Origin: Dehalococcoidia bacterium
Lineage (GTDB): Bacteria > Chloroflexota > Dehalococcoidia > Plut-88900
Direction of reading: 5' to 3'
Assembly: GCA_965249275.1 (NCBI GenBank)
Contig: CBDFLQ010000006.1
Coordinates: 384,001 to 448,000, forward strand
DNA length: 64,000 nt
Shown here: positions 1-9,663 of the stretch, piece after piece
Numbering within the stretch: position 1 is the first letter of the stretch
How the letters are laid out: each line of letters begins with the position of its first letter
The notes under the pieces: model-generated
The model's database searches: none
The model's input: the letters and a program-made list of their open reading frames with translations, nothing else
What the model was told of the DNA's origin: nothing
Made by a program: the position numbers and the translations under genes

Positions 1-5
1 TTCAA

Positions 6-485
6 CTACCTCACCGCAAACACCTGGTATCCGATGCACGGCCTCGGCAGGTCTTCCGGTATGAACCCCCGAGCCACACCCAGCGTGCCATTCAACCACC
101 GGTAATTGTCCGAGGCTGTCTCGAACAGCACCGACACGTAGAAGTAGTTCTCGTCCTGCGAGGCCAGCTCTCCCCGTTTCTGCGCCTTGGTGAACTCCTC
201 GCTGTACCGCAGGACTCCCTTATAGCTCATCATTATCACGTCTCCGCCCTCCGACTGAATCGTGATCCTCGCATCCACCTCCCCGACCCCGTCGCGGCGC
301 ATCAGAAACGGGTCGCCTCCCCCATCCAGCACCGTCCCATTCAGCCGGGGCCCCTCCACCCGTGCCCCGGCCCGAGGATACGTAATCCTCCGAAGTCCCA
401 GCGGCCCATCCCCTATGAAATGATGCGGCCCCTGCGGAATCCGCACTTCAAACAGAAACTCCGTCTCTATCTTCCTAGGCTCCAT
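6..485 (-). CDS. DUF3237 family protein
   Basis: GPLGLRRITY..G..VEGPRLNGTVLDGGGD, DARITIQSEGG and FETAS..Y.WLN motifs. Start moved to ATG at 485 (MEPRKIETEFLFEV). Confidence 0.8.
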   Translation of the reverse strand: MEPRKIETEFLFEVRIPQGPHHFIGDGPLGLRRITYPRAGARVEGPRLNGTVLDGGGDPFLMRRDGVGEVDARITIQSEGGDVIMMSYKGVLRYSEEFTKAQKRGELASQDENYFYVSVLFETASDNYRWLNGTLGVARGFIPEDLPRPCIGYQVFAVR

Positions 486-631
486 CCCAATCTCCTTAAT
501 CAAAAGTTGCAACCACCCCATTCTACCCTCCACGCCCACCTCTTTAACTGTCATCTACAATTCCGAGGCCCCGCGAGGAATCCAAGGCCTCAGTCCGCGG
601 CTCACTTAGTCATATCCCCTCCTCAATCCTC

Positions 632-970
632 CCCGTAGGGGCAGGTCCCGTGCCTGCCCTGTTCCCTCTTTGCCTTCCGTCATACCAGCACGTTCAAACG
701 TGTCATTCCGAGGCTCCGCGAGGAATCTACAGCGTATATCTCCCCTAACTAGCCATTTGATTAGCCCATCTACACAAGGTTGAGTCCTACTTCTCGCCCA
801 CTCCCTACCCGTAGGGGCAGGTCCCGTGCCTGCCCCGCTCCATCTTTGCTTTCCGTCATACCAGCACGTTCAAACGTGTCATTCCGAGGCTCCGCGAGGA
901 ATCTAAGGCGTATATCTCCCCTAACTAGCCATTTGATTACCCCATCCACAACAAGCTGAATACCTACTTC
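632..970 (+). repeat. Tandem duplication (~176-bp period) of a composite REP unit
   Basis: GTAGGGGCAGGTCCCGTGCCTGCCC at 635 and 811, each followed by GTCATTCCGAGGCTCCGCGAGGAATCT and near-identical flanks. Confidence 0.9.
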
Positions 971-1077
971 CCTCCCGCCCCCAAATTACGGCTCATCTAT
1001 CCTTCTCCCCCCTTGCCTCCCCACCCCTCTCCCCGATACCATCATCCCAGCCTAACCCTCCCCTTGGAGAACCTCAC

Positions 1078-1950
1078 ATGCCTAAAGCCAACGTCAACGG
1101 CTTAAACATTCACTACGAGACCCGTGGGCAGGGATTTCCCATCGTCTTCGTCCACGAATACGCGGGCAGCTGGGAGAGCTGGAACTCCCAGGTCGACTTC
1201 TTCTCACGAACCCACCTCACCGTCGCCTACAACGCCCGAGGCTATCCCCCCTCCGACGTCCCCACCGACCCAGACGCCTACTCCCAGCAGCACGCCGTCG
1301 ACGACCTCCACGGCATCCTCAAACACTTGGAAATCGAGCAGGCCTACATCTGCGGCCTCTCCATGGGAGGTAACGTCGCACTCCACTTCGCCTTCCAGCA
1401 CCCGGATATGACCCGCGGCATCGTCGTCGCCGGCACAGGCTCCGGCAGCACCGACTCTTCCCGATGGGGCCACCAAATCGAAGACCTCGCCATCAGGATG
1501 GAGACCCAAGGCATGGAGTCTATGGCCTTCTATACGAAAACACCCACCCGAGTCCAGCTCCTCCGCAAAGACCCCGACGCCTGGGAGGAGTTCAACCGGC
1601 TCTTCCTTTCCCATTCCGCCATCGGCTCCGCCCTGACCTTCAGGGGTGTCCAGGGCAAGAGGCCCTCGATTTTCGACCTCACTGATCAGTGCCGCCAGCT
1701 CTCCGTCCCGACCCTCATCATGGTCGGCGATGAAGACGCCCCCTGCATCGAGACCTCCATCTTCCTAAAGCGCAACATCCCCACTTCTGGGCTTCTGGTC
1801 TTCCCTCAGACCGGCCACACCATGAACCTCGAAGAGCCCGCCCTCTTCAGCCACTCAATCCAGATGTTCATCAAGGCCGTCGAAGAAGACCGCTGGGCCA
1901 CCCAGGACATCGAGCAGGACTCAAACTTCCTGGTCTCCCCCGACAAATAG
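1078..1950 (+). CDS. Alpha/beta hydrolase
   Basis: GLSMGG nucleophile elbow, GDED, GHTMNLEEP; RBS GGAGA. Confidence 0.9.
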   Translation: MPKANVNGLNIHYETRGQGFPIVFVHEYAGSWESWNSQVDFFSRTHLTVAYNARGYPPSDVPTDPDAYSQQHAVDDLHGILKHLEIEQAYICGLSMGGNVALHFAFQHPDMTRGIVVAGTGSGSTDSSRWGHQIEDLAIRMETQGMESMAFYTKTPTRVQLLRKDPDAWEEFNRLFLSHSAIGSALTFRGVQGKRPSIFDLTDQCRQLSVPTLIMVGDEDAPCIETSIFLKRNIPTSGLLVFPQTGHTMNLEEPALFSHSIQMFIKAVEEDRWATQDIEQDSNFLVSPDK

Positions 1951-1951
1951 T

Positions 1952-2090
1952 CCTCTCTCCCTTGATGGGACAGGGCTAGGGTGAGGGTGTTCCCCCACCC
2001 TTTTCCCTAGTCATTCCGGCCTCTGAGCCGGAATCCATCCCCCCGGGGCGGTCCCGCTCACCCTGAGCCGCGTCGAAGGGTCGAGCGGGG
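1952..2090 (+). repeat. Cluster of REP-like palindromes (three families)
   Basis: CTCTCCCTTGATGGGACAGGGCTAGGGTGAGGGTG, GTCATTCCGGC..GCCGGAATCCA and CCGCTCACCCTGAGC..TCGAAGGGTCGAGCGG between convergent genes. Confidence 0.85.
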
Positions 2091-2160
2091 AGGGACCGCG
2101 TACGCTAAGAGTTCTGAAAGTCCGCAGTGTTGGGTCTAAGGGTCTAGCCGGGGATTTCCC

Positions 2161-3240
2161 CTACAACGAATAATGCTCCCGCGCCGCCAGGTGCGACGGA
2201 TCATCCAGCCGAAACGTATCCGGGTTCCGACCCCTGTCCAGCGCCAGCCAATACGTGAACAATTGCAGCGGAACCAGGTACACGATCGGGGACAGCGCCT
2301 CCGACACCTTCGGCAATCTGACTACAACATCCGCCACCGACGACATCTCCCCATCCCCATCCTCCACTAACGCCGCCAACCCTCCGCCCGTGGCCTTAAC
2401 CGCCTTCCCTATCTCCACGGCCCGCCCGTAACCCGGCCCCGGCGGCGCGACCAGCGTCACTACACATCGCTGGTCCGTAGCCACGTACGGGCCGTGCAGG
2501 AACTGCTCCACTTGGAATGCCGTGGTAACGTCGTAAGCCGCCTCGTTGATTTTCAGTGCGGCCTCGTAGGCCGTGGATGCGTTCGGCCCCCAGCCCGCAA
2601 AGCAGTACCACCCGTAGTCCCGCACCTTCGCCACCATCGACTTTACATCCGGCTCAGTCTTCAACGCCTCAGCCACGGCATCGGGCATACTCTTGAGTTC
2701 CTCAGCCAAAGCCTCGCCCCCCGCCACCTTCGAGGCCACCATCGCCAGCGCGGTCATCGCCCCCGTGTGACTGATCGTGAACGCCGATGACCGGTCCCGA
2801 TATGTCGTCCTCAGCACCACGTCCGCTTGGTCCACCTTGGCCTCAGACGTCAAACACGTCACCAACGCCGTCGAAGCCCCCGACGCCTTCGCCAGGTCCA
2901 GTGCCTCCCCCGAGTAGCGCTTCGTCCCGCTGTGCGCCATCACAATCACCAGGTCATCCCCCGAAAGTGGTGGTGGATACGACGCAAACTCGAATGAATG
3001 CCACGCCCGCGCCTCCGCCAACCCTACCGACCTGAACAGATGCTCCCCGACAAGCGCTGCATGCCACGACGTCCCGATCCCACACAAGTACACCCTCCTC
3101 GCCCCCGAAGCCAACCCCGCCAGCTCTTCTGCGGCGGCTCCTTGGCTGTCCAATATCTTGGCAATCGCCTCGGGCTGGTCTTGAATGCAATCGTGCATAT
3201 AGTAGGGGTGCTCTTGCCGTGGCGGCGGTTTCTTGGCCAT
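2161..3240 (-). CDS. SIS-domain sugar isomerase/deaminase (GlmS isomerase-like, no glutaminase domain)
   Basis: M..I.DQPEAI, GIGTS, HSGT, EAALKINE, FLHGP and PLQLFTY..A..RG.NPD motifs. Start at MAKKPP after AGGAG. Confidence 0.85.
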   Translation of the reverse strand: MAKKPPPRQEHPYYMHDCIQDQPEAIAKILDSQGAAAEELAGLASGARRVYLCGIGTSWHAALVGEHLFRSVGLAEARAWHSFEFASYPPPLSGDDLVIVMAHSGTKRYSGEALDLAKASGASTALVTCLTSEAKVDQADVVLRTTYRDRSSAFTISHTGAMTALAMVASKVAGGEALAEELKSMPDAVAEALKTEPDVKSMVAKVRDYGWYCFAGWGPNASTAYEAALKINEAAYDVTTAFQVEQFLHGPYVATDQRCVVTLVAPPGPGYGRAVEIGKAVKATGGGLAALVEDGDGEMSSVADVVVRLPKVSEALSPIVYLVPLQLFTYWLALDRGRNPDTFRLDDPSHLAAREHYSL

Positions 3241-3326
3241 TTCCATACTCCTGTCTAAATTGAAGAATCGGGAGTATAGCCCCCACTCCTCCATTCGGCA
3301 ACGCTCCCCTCCCCTATAAAAGACCT

Positions 3327-3402
3327 AAAACAGGGCGTGTGGGCTGCAAGTCCGCCTCTGGAGGACGGGAACCGATTCAATCCGGCGATAGCTTGAAGTG
3401 AC
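3327..3402 (+). repeat. Diverged copy of the dispersed AAACAGGGCG...GTGAC element, carrying a 22-nt insertion
   Basis: Aligns to 27098-27202 and 31056-31126 once 3343-3365 is removed. Confidence 0.55.
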
Positions 3403-3541
3403 CAGTCCTCCTATGTCCCACCACCCCCTTGCCCCCCACCCCCATTTCTACCTATCCTATACTTAACATCACCTCCAAACTCGATTACCCCCGCATGCCA
3501 ATGAAACAATCAACTGTCAGTTTCATCCTTGCCCTCCAGAA

Positions 3542-4273
3542 ATGTTCAACAAACCAGTAGCAATTGCCGACGGCGTTTTCCAGTTTCGCGCCGTCGGGTC
3601 CCGAGTCACCGTCCTGACCGAGCCCGGTGACGCCATTCTCATCGACGCCGGTTTCCCCGGAAGCTACCGCGCCATTACCCGCGGCCTCACGGAGTGCGGA
3701 CTCTCACTCGACCGGATAAGCCGGGTTGTCATTACCCACGCTCATCCCGACCACTCCGGCGGTCTCGCCGAGCTCGCTGCCGCTGCTGACTTCTCTGTAG
3801 CTGTCCACCACTCTGAGGCAGATATCATCGAGGGCATTACACCCGCCCCCAATCCCCTCCGTTTACCCTTCCTGGCCTCCGTTGCCCAGCCCGCCCTTGA
3901 CAGGCTCACCGGCAACCCCGTACCCGTCGCCCTACGACTACACGACGGTGACCTCATCCCCTTCCCCACTGAACTCCGAGTCGTCCATCTCCCAGGTCAC
4001 ACCCCCGGCAGCATCGCCCTTTACATGCCACAGAAGGGCATAGTCATCGTCGGCGACGCCCTCCAGTACAAGTTCGGCTGGAGGCTCTATCCCCCAGCCC
4101 CCGGCGTCACCCACTCTCCTGAGCAGGCCATGCAATCCCTGGAGAAACTCCTCGATCTCGACTTCCACACCATCTGCTTCAGCCACTTTCCGCCCCTCCA
4201 GAAAGACGCCCGAGACTCCCTCCGGCGCCTCATAGAACGTCACGCTAGCCGGGCCTCCGTCGCGCCGTGCTAA
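3542..4273 (+). CDS. MBL-fold metallo-hydrolase
   Basis: THAHPDHSG, PGHTPGS and GDAL motifs. Confidence 0.9.
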   Translation: MFNKPVAIADGVFQFRAVGSRVTVLTEPGDAILIDAGFPGSYRAITRGLTECGLSLDRISRVVITHAHPDHSGGLAELAAAADFSVAVHHSEADIIEGITPAPNPLRLPFLASVAQPALDRLTGNPVPVALRLHDGDLIPFPTELRVVHLPGHTPGSIALYMPQKGIVIVGDALQYKFGWRLYPPAPGVTHSPEQAMQSLEKLLDLDFHTICFSHFPPLQKDARDSLRRLIERHASRASVAPC

Positions 4274-4288
4274 ACTGCCTCTAATAAG

Positions 4289-6787
4289 ATGTCCAAGCCT
4301 CATACCCCGGTTCCCGACACCATTGTCGACTTCCTGCGCGAAGCCTCAGTTCGCCACGGGCCCCGCGACGCCCTTCTAATTAAACCCGCCTTCCGCTACA
4401 TCCGCTGGACCTACGACCGCCTCTGGGAAGATTCAGGCCGTGTCGCCACCCTCCTCCAGCGCCGTGGCTTAAGTAAGGGAGATCAGGTCATCCTCTGGGG
4501 TCCCAATTCTCCCCACTGGGTCCTCGCATTCTTCGGATGCCTCCGGGCAGGGGTTGTCCTGATACCCCTTGACCTTCGCAGCGCTCCCGACTACGTATCC
4601 CGCGTCATTTCCCGCACCGAGCCCAAGCTCGCCTTCACATCCCGCTTCACACCTAAAGGTGACGTCGACCTCGGCGTACCGGAGATCACCTTCGAGGAGA
4701 TGGAGTTGGCCATCGCCGACCTCCCTGTCCCCGACCCTGTCCCCATCCAACCCGACGATCTCGCCGAAATTATGTTCACCTCTGGCACTACCGGAGATCC
4801 CAAGGGTGTAATGCTCACCCACCGCAATCTCACCGCCAACATCGAAGGCATCTCCCATTACATCTCCGTCGACTCTTCCAGCAGGCTCCTGTCCATCCTC
4901 CCTCTCAGCCACATGTATGAGCAGATGGGCGGCCTATTTTTCACCCTCCACTCCGGCGCCAGCGTCACCTATCCCACAAGCAGACAGCCCACCGTCCTCT
5001 CCCGCACAATGCGCGAACGCAAAATCACCACCATGCTAATGGTGCCCCAGGCCCTGGAACTGCTAATGAACGGCATCGAGCGTGAGGTGATCAGACAAGG
5101 CAAGGAGCGGCTCTGGAAGAAGCTCCTTAAGGTAGCCGAGCGAACCCCCTTCGGCCTCCGCCGACACCTCTTCCGCTCCGTCCACAAGCAGTTCGGTGGC
5201 AAGCTTGACCTCATCGTCTCCGGCGGCGCGCCCCTTGACCGGGACCTGGGCCGCAAGTGGGAGATGCTTGGTATCAAGGTCCTCCAGGGCTATGGCGCCA
5301 CCGAGGCTTCACCCGTCATCAGCAATCACACCATGGATGAACGCCGCCCCGACTCCACTGGCCGGCCTTTGCCCAATGTCCAGGTCAAGATCAGCGAGCA
5401 GGGCGAAATCCTGGTGAAAGGCGATAACATCACCCCCGGCTACTACAACGCCCCCGAAGAAACCGCCAAGGCCTTCGAAGATGGATGGTACAAGACCGGC
5501 GACCTAGGCTACTTCGACAAGGATGGCTTCCTCCACATCCAGGGCCGGGTCAAGGACATGATCGTCCTCTCCAGCGGCCAGAACGTCTTTCCCCAGGACA
5601 TTCAAACCGTGCTGGTAAAACACCCAAGCGTCAAGGACGCAGTCGTAATAGGACTACCCAAGGGCACGTCCGTAGAGGTTCACGCCGCCCTCATCCTGAC
5701 CGACCCCGATTTCGCCAGGCAGGCCGTCGAATGGGCCAACTCCCAACTCGCCGAGCAACAGCGAGTCCGCGGCTTCACCATATGGCCCGACGAAGACTTT
5801 CCCCGTACCCACACGCTAAAGGTCAAGAATCAGGTCGTCATCGATACCATCCTCCGTGGTGCCGAGCAATCGACCTCCTCGTCTCCCCGCCCCTCCTCCA
5901 CCCCTCCAACCGGCACCCGAGACCTGATGAGCATCATCGCCGAACTAAGCCGCCGTGACCTCGAACTGGTCAACGATACCGCTAGCCTGGGAGACGACCT
6001 GGACCTCGACTCTCTAGGCCGCATTGAACTCCTCTCCGCTATAGAGACGGAGTTGGGCGTATATCTCGATGAATCCAAAGTCTCTCCAGAGACTACCGTT
6101 CGCCAGCTATCTTCCATGGTCGAAGAAGGCTCCAGGCGCCCGCCGATGGTCAAGTTCCCCGCCTGGGGAATGCGAATGTGGGCCCGCATGGCCCGCGGAT
6201 TACTCCAGCAGGGCCTTGTCTTTCCCCTCATAACTCTCGCCTACGGACTCAAAGTGTCGGGCAAAGACAACCTTGCTGGGTTGACCGGCCCCGTGCTCTT
6301 CGCTTCCAATCACCACCTGGGACTGGACAACCCTCTCATTTTCAAAGCCGTGACCCGACGCTGGAGAAGTCGTTTGGCCGTCGCCGCCGCCGCCGAGCTA
6401 TGGAGCAACCCCATCTGGTGGGTATTGAACCCACTCTTGGGCAACGGATTCCCCATCGCCAGGACGGGCCCCATCAGACCCAGCCTTGAAAACCTGGGAA
6501 GTATCATGGACCGCGGCTGGTCGGTCCTAATCTACCCGGAGGGCGTGCTTACCGTGGGAGGTCCGATGAAACCCTTCATGCAAGGCGCAGGTCTCGTGGC
6601 AGTGGAAGGCCGAGTCCCCGTCGTGCCCATGCGGCTGGACGTCACAAAGTTAGGCTCACCCTCCCGGCTTCCCCTCCTCCGACGTGGCCGAGTCAAAATC
6701 CGATTCGGCTCTCCCCTCACCTTCCCCCCCGGCACCGACTACCAGGAAGCAACCTCAACCATAGAGGAAGCCGTCAAAGCCCTCTAA
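4289..6787 (+). CDS. Acyl-CoA/acyl-ACP synthetase + carrier protein + PlsC-type acyltransferase fusion
   Basis: FTSGTTGDPKG, GYGATE, TGDLG (adenylation); LDSLGRIEL (Ppant Ser); NHHLGLD and YPEG (acyltransferase). Confidence 0.9.
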   Translation: MSKPHTPVPDTIVDFLREASVRHGPRDALLIKPAFRYIRWTYDRLWEDSGRVATLLQRRGLSKGDQVILWGPNSPHWVLAFFGCLRAGVVLIPLDLRSAPDYVSRVISRTEPKLAFTSRFTPKGDVDLGVPEITFEEMELAIADLPVPDPVPIQPDDLAEIMFTSGTTGDPKGVMLTHRNLTANIEGISHYISVDSSSRLLSILPLSHMYEQMGGLFFTLHSGASVTYPTSRQPTVLSRTMRERKITTMLMVPQALELLMNGIEREVIRQGKERLWKKLLKVAERTPFGLRRHLFRSVHKQFGGKLDLIVSGGAPLDRDLGRKWEMLGIKVLQGYGATEASPVISNHTMDERRPDSTGRPLPNVQVKISEQGEILVKGDNITPGYYNAPEETAKAFEDGWYKTGDLGYFDKDGFLHIQGRVKDMIVLSSGQNVFPQDIQTVLVKHPSVKDAVVIGLPKGTSVEVHAALILTDPDFARQAVEWANSQLAEQQRVRGFTIWPDEDFPRTHTLKVKNQVVIDTILRGAEQSTSSSPRPSSTPPTGTRDLMSIIAELSRRDLELVNDTASLGDDLDLDSLGRIELLSAIETELGVYLDESKVSPETTVRQLSSMVEEGSRRPPMVKFPAWGMRMWARMARGLLQQGLVFPLITLAYGLKVSGKDNLAGLTGPVLFASNHHLGLDNPLIFKAVTRRWRSRLAVAAAAELWSNPIWWVLNPLLGNGFPIARTGPIRPSLENLGSIMDRGWSVLIYPEGVLTVGGPMKPFMQGAGLVAVEGRVPVVPMRLDVTKLGSPSRLPLLRRGRVKIRFGSPLTFPPGTDYQEATSTIEEAVKAL

Positions 6788-6806
6788 CTGCCTACCCAAT
6801 CCCCCC

Positions 6807-7341
6807 CTCCCTCGACGAGACCTTTGCGTAACCACTGCTGGAGGGGCTGGGGCCGCTCGTGCTGAGGCTCTCGAAGTATGAGCGGAAGAGGGGTATGGCG
6901 ATCAGAATGGTAAAAGGGGCCTGTTCTGCAGTTACGCAAAGGGCTCGCGATGGGTCGAGCATGCGCCGTGGCCTGAACCCCTCTCCCTCGATGAGACCTT
7001 TGCGTAATCACTGCTGGAGGGGCTGGGGCCGCTCGTGCTGAGCCCCGTCGAAGTATGAGCGGGGGAGGGGTTTGGCGATCAGAATGGTAAAAGGGGCCTG
7101 TTCTGCAGTTACGCAAAGGGCTCGCGAGGGGTCGAACATACGCCGTAGCCTGAACCCCTCTCCCTCGATGAGACCTTTGCGTAATCACTGCTGGAGGGGC
7201 TGGGGCCGCTCGTGCTGAGCCCCGTCGAAGTATGAGCGGGGGAGGGGTTTGGCGATCAGAATGGTAAAAGGGGCCTGTTCTGCAGTTACGCAAAGGGCTC
7301 GCGAGGGGTCGAGCGTGCGCCGTCGCCCTGAACCCCTCCCC
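6807..7341 (+). mobile_element. Three tandem MITE-like units (~176-177-bp period) with IS5/IS1106-like terminal inverted repeats
   Basis: Each unit runs GAGACCTTTGCGTAA...TTACGCAAAGGGCTC (starts 6817, 6993, 7170) and contains a CCGCTCGTGCTGAG..TCGAAGTATGAGCGG hairpin. Confidence 0.7.
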
Positions 7342-7375
7342 CGTAAAGATGCCTCTCGCGATCGCCTCCCCTCGC

Positions 7376-7927
7376 CTAAATAGGCAGCAAAGGCGTAGCC
7401 CCCGCATCCACCTCCACCTCGAACGTGTTCAGCGCCCCGGCTAGGAGTGCATAGTATCCAGTCGTCACCGTAAGGTCCGCCACCCCCTGCGCCCCAAACC
7501 TGGCGTAAGCCGCTTCATAGACACCCTGTGACACGTTGTGCTTGCGTATCGTCTCCAGCACATAGTTGCAGACCACGGCTTCTTCATCACTCAACCCCGA
7601 GGGCGCCCTCCGGTCCCGCACGGCCATAATGGCCTCTTCACGCACCCCCGCCTTCCGAGCCTCAGGCTCGTGATAGGTCCATTCGTACTGGCAGTCCCAC
7701 TCCCGAGCCGTCACCAGAATCGTCAGTTCCTTGACATCCGCCGGGAGGCTGGACTCGAACCTGATGTAAGCCCCCAGGTGCGCCGCGCGGCGCGACATCT
7801 CCGGGCTGTTGAGCAGCACGGAAAACGGCCCCGACACCTCCCCCCGGCTCCCCCTTATCTCATCGTAGGCAACCTGCCCGCCTTCGGGCGCGTCTTCCCT
7901 GTTCCTGATCCTGGGAATCCTGGTCAT
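7376..7927 (-). CDS. Carboxymuconolactone decarboxylase/AhpD-like protein
   Basis: GPFSVLLNSPE, ELTILVTARE, YEWTYH and GYY motifs. Confidence 0.85.
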   Translation of the reverse strand: MTRIPRIRNREDAPEGGQVAYDEIRGSRGEVSGPFSVLLNSPEMSRRAAHLGAYIRFESSLPADVKELTILVTAREWDCQYEWTYHEPEARKAGVREEAIMAVRDRRAPSGLSDEEAVVCNYVLETIRKHNVSQGVYEAAYARFGAQGVADLTVTTGYYALLAGALNTFEVEVDAGATPLLPI

Positions 7928-8010
7928 TAGATGCTTTCCTCCTGCTATTACTACCCCAAAAACCCTGTTCCTTGCTCAACCCACCTTATCACGCAACTGT
8001 CCTTCACATT

Positions 8011-8205
8011 GTCATTCCCATGCGCCGTCATACTCTCATCCCGAGGCCTTGCTTTAGTCTCATTCCAAGGCGCCGACTTACTGTTATCCCAAAGCCCTGA
8101 CTTACTGTCATTCCAATGCACCGTCATACTCTCATCCCGAAGCCCCGTGTTACTCTCATGCCAACGCCCCGTTTTACTGTCATTCCGAGGCTCCGCGAGG
8201 AATCT
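8011..8205 (+). repeat. Degenerate 24-bp tandem array ending in a full GTCATTCC..GGAATCT REP
   Basis: STCATYCC-like cores at 8011, 8035, 8059, 8083, 8107, 8131, 8155 and 8179. Confidence 0.8.
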
Positions 8206-8246
8206 AGGACTTGCCCGCTCACTTCATTACCTGATCGCTTCCTCCC

Positions 8247-9620
8247 CTACTTTGCCGGACTCCTCTTCAGCAACGATGCTATTACCAACGCCCCACCTAT
8301 CATCATAATCACAATCGTCGGCACTATCAGGCTGCCAGTGACATCCGTGAGCATCGATGTACCCACATCAATCCCAAGCTGGCACAAAGCCGGCTCCACA
8401 TCCGATGCCCTGCCCGCCAGTCCGTCGCACCCCGCATGCCCCACCTCAAGGAAAGATGCAAACATATTGGGAAGTTGCGCGCGCAAAGCCAGGGCAATTC
8501 CCAGGAACGCGCCGCCGGAAAGCAGGATCGCCAGGCCCGGCCAGCCCATGAAGGATTTGAGGCCTGGCAAGTGCACCAGTCCTAACAGAACGCTGAACAC
8601 GACAATCGCCAATATGCCCCCCCAGGAACCCGCTGTCTTCCCGCGGGTCAACCACTCCCGGACTTGATCCACGTCCGCCAGCACCTCTCCTTTGCTCACA
8701 CCCCGGTTCTTTGCGATCTTCCTCAGTGGATCGAACCGGTCCTGGTCGTCCAACTGGTTCTCTCGGAACTCCTCTAACGCGTTGTCGATGAGCGGCCCAG
8801 CTAACGGTTCCACCGCTATTACCAGGACCCGAGTGAGCGCCTCCCGAGAGTCGGGCAATAACAGAGCCTCGTTGACCTCTTTGTCAAACTGGTCCAGCAG
8901 GGCAAGCAAGTCCAGCGAAAACCCCTTCTCCCTAGCCTCGACCTTCGCTTGAGCATATACCGCGGGCCTGAGTTCCGGTGGCACACCCACTAGAGACGGC
9001 GCCGTGACCGGAAACTGTGGGTCTTCCAGTTGGATAAGCGTATCCGCCAGTTGAAGGCTAAAGGTCTCTACCCGGTCTTGAAGAGTGCCTTCCGGCGGAG
9101 GCAGTATCACCAGGTTGTTCTCCACCGCTTTCGCCAGGAAGCGAACCAAGGCAGGCTTGGCGGTCCCCTCTACAGGCTCGACGCCCTCAGGGGTTGGCAC
9201 GCCCGTGCCGATAATCGGCCGAAAATGAATGTAGACGTCTGGTACGGCTATCGGCTCGTTGGTGGCCGGATCAGTTTCTTCGTTGAGATACTCCACCGCC
9301 CCGCCCACCGCTCCCTCCACCTGACGCCGAAGCTGAGGCGGCGACAGAATGCCCTTGATCAGCGGCTCCACGTCTTCTTCCTCAATCCGGATGCCACCTA
9401 GGAAGTTGGCCCTGTCATCCTCCTGGATCTGCCTCGTCACCTCGGGGACTAGGACCGCGTCATAGAGACGGTTATAGACGTCGTTCTCCGAAAAATGCTC
9501 GAGGTAAAAGTCCTCGGATAAGAAGTGGGAGCGCAGCGAATCTGTAGTCAGATAGCTCAGCACGCCGAGGAAAATCACTACCCCCAGCGCCAAGCTTATG
9601 ATGACTTTGAAGAGGCCCAT
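8247..9620 (-). CDS. Hypothetical membrane protein (N-terminal TM, large soluble domain, three C-terminal TMs)
   Basis: 457-aa ORF downstream of ispH with clear hydrophobic segments. Confidence 0.75.
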   Translation of the reverse strand: MGLFKVIISLALGVVIFLGVLSYLTTDSLRSHFLSEDFYLEHFSENDVYNRLYDAVLVPEVTRQIQEDDRANFLGGIRIEEEDVEPLIKGILSPPQLRRQVEGAVGGAVEYLNEETDPATNEPIAVPDVYIHFRPIIGTGVPTPEGVEPVEGTAKPALVRFLAKAVENNLVILPPPEGTLQDRVETFSLQLADTLIQLEDPQFPVTAPSLVGVPPELRPAVYAQAKVEAREKGFSLDLLALLDQFDKEVNEALLLPDSREALTRVLVIAVEPLAGPLIDNALEEFRENQLDDQDRFDPLRKIAKNRGVSKGEVLADVDQVREWLTRGKTAGSWGGILAIVVFSVLLGLVHLPGLKSFMGWPGLAILLSGGAFLGIALALRAQLPNMFASFLEVGHAGCDGLAGRASDVEPALCQLGIDVGTSMLTDVTGSLIVPTIVIMMIGGALVIASLLKRSPAK

Positions 9621-9663
9621 GCTTCAGATCAACGGCAGCGCTGAGCGCCGGGGAGGCCGACCG

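Noticed and set aside
3250-3420. glmS ribozyme upstream of the SIS-domain gene
   Set aside because: No AGCGCC/GACGAGG core is visible. The segment instead matches the dispersed 27098/31056 element.
6784-7407. 207-aa repetitive ORF
   Set aside because: It is a translation of the tandem MITE units. The same applies to ORFs 7931-8308 and 30612-31010.
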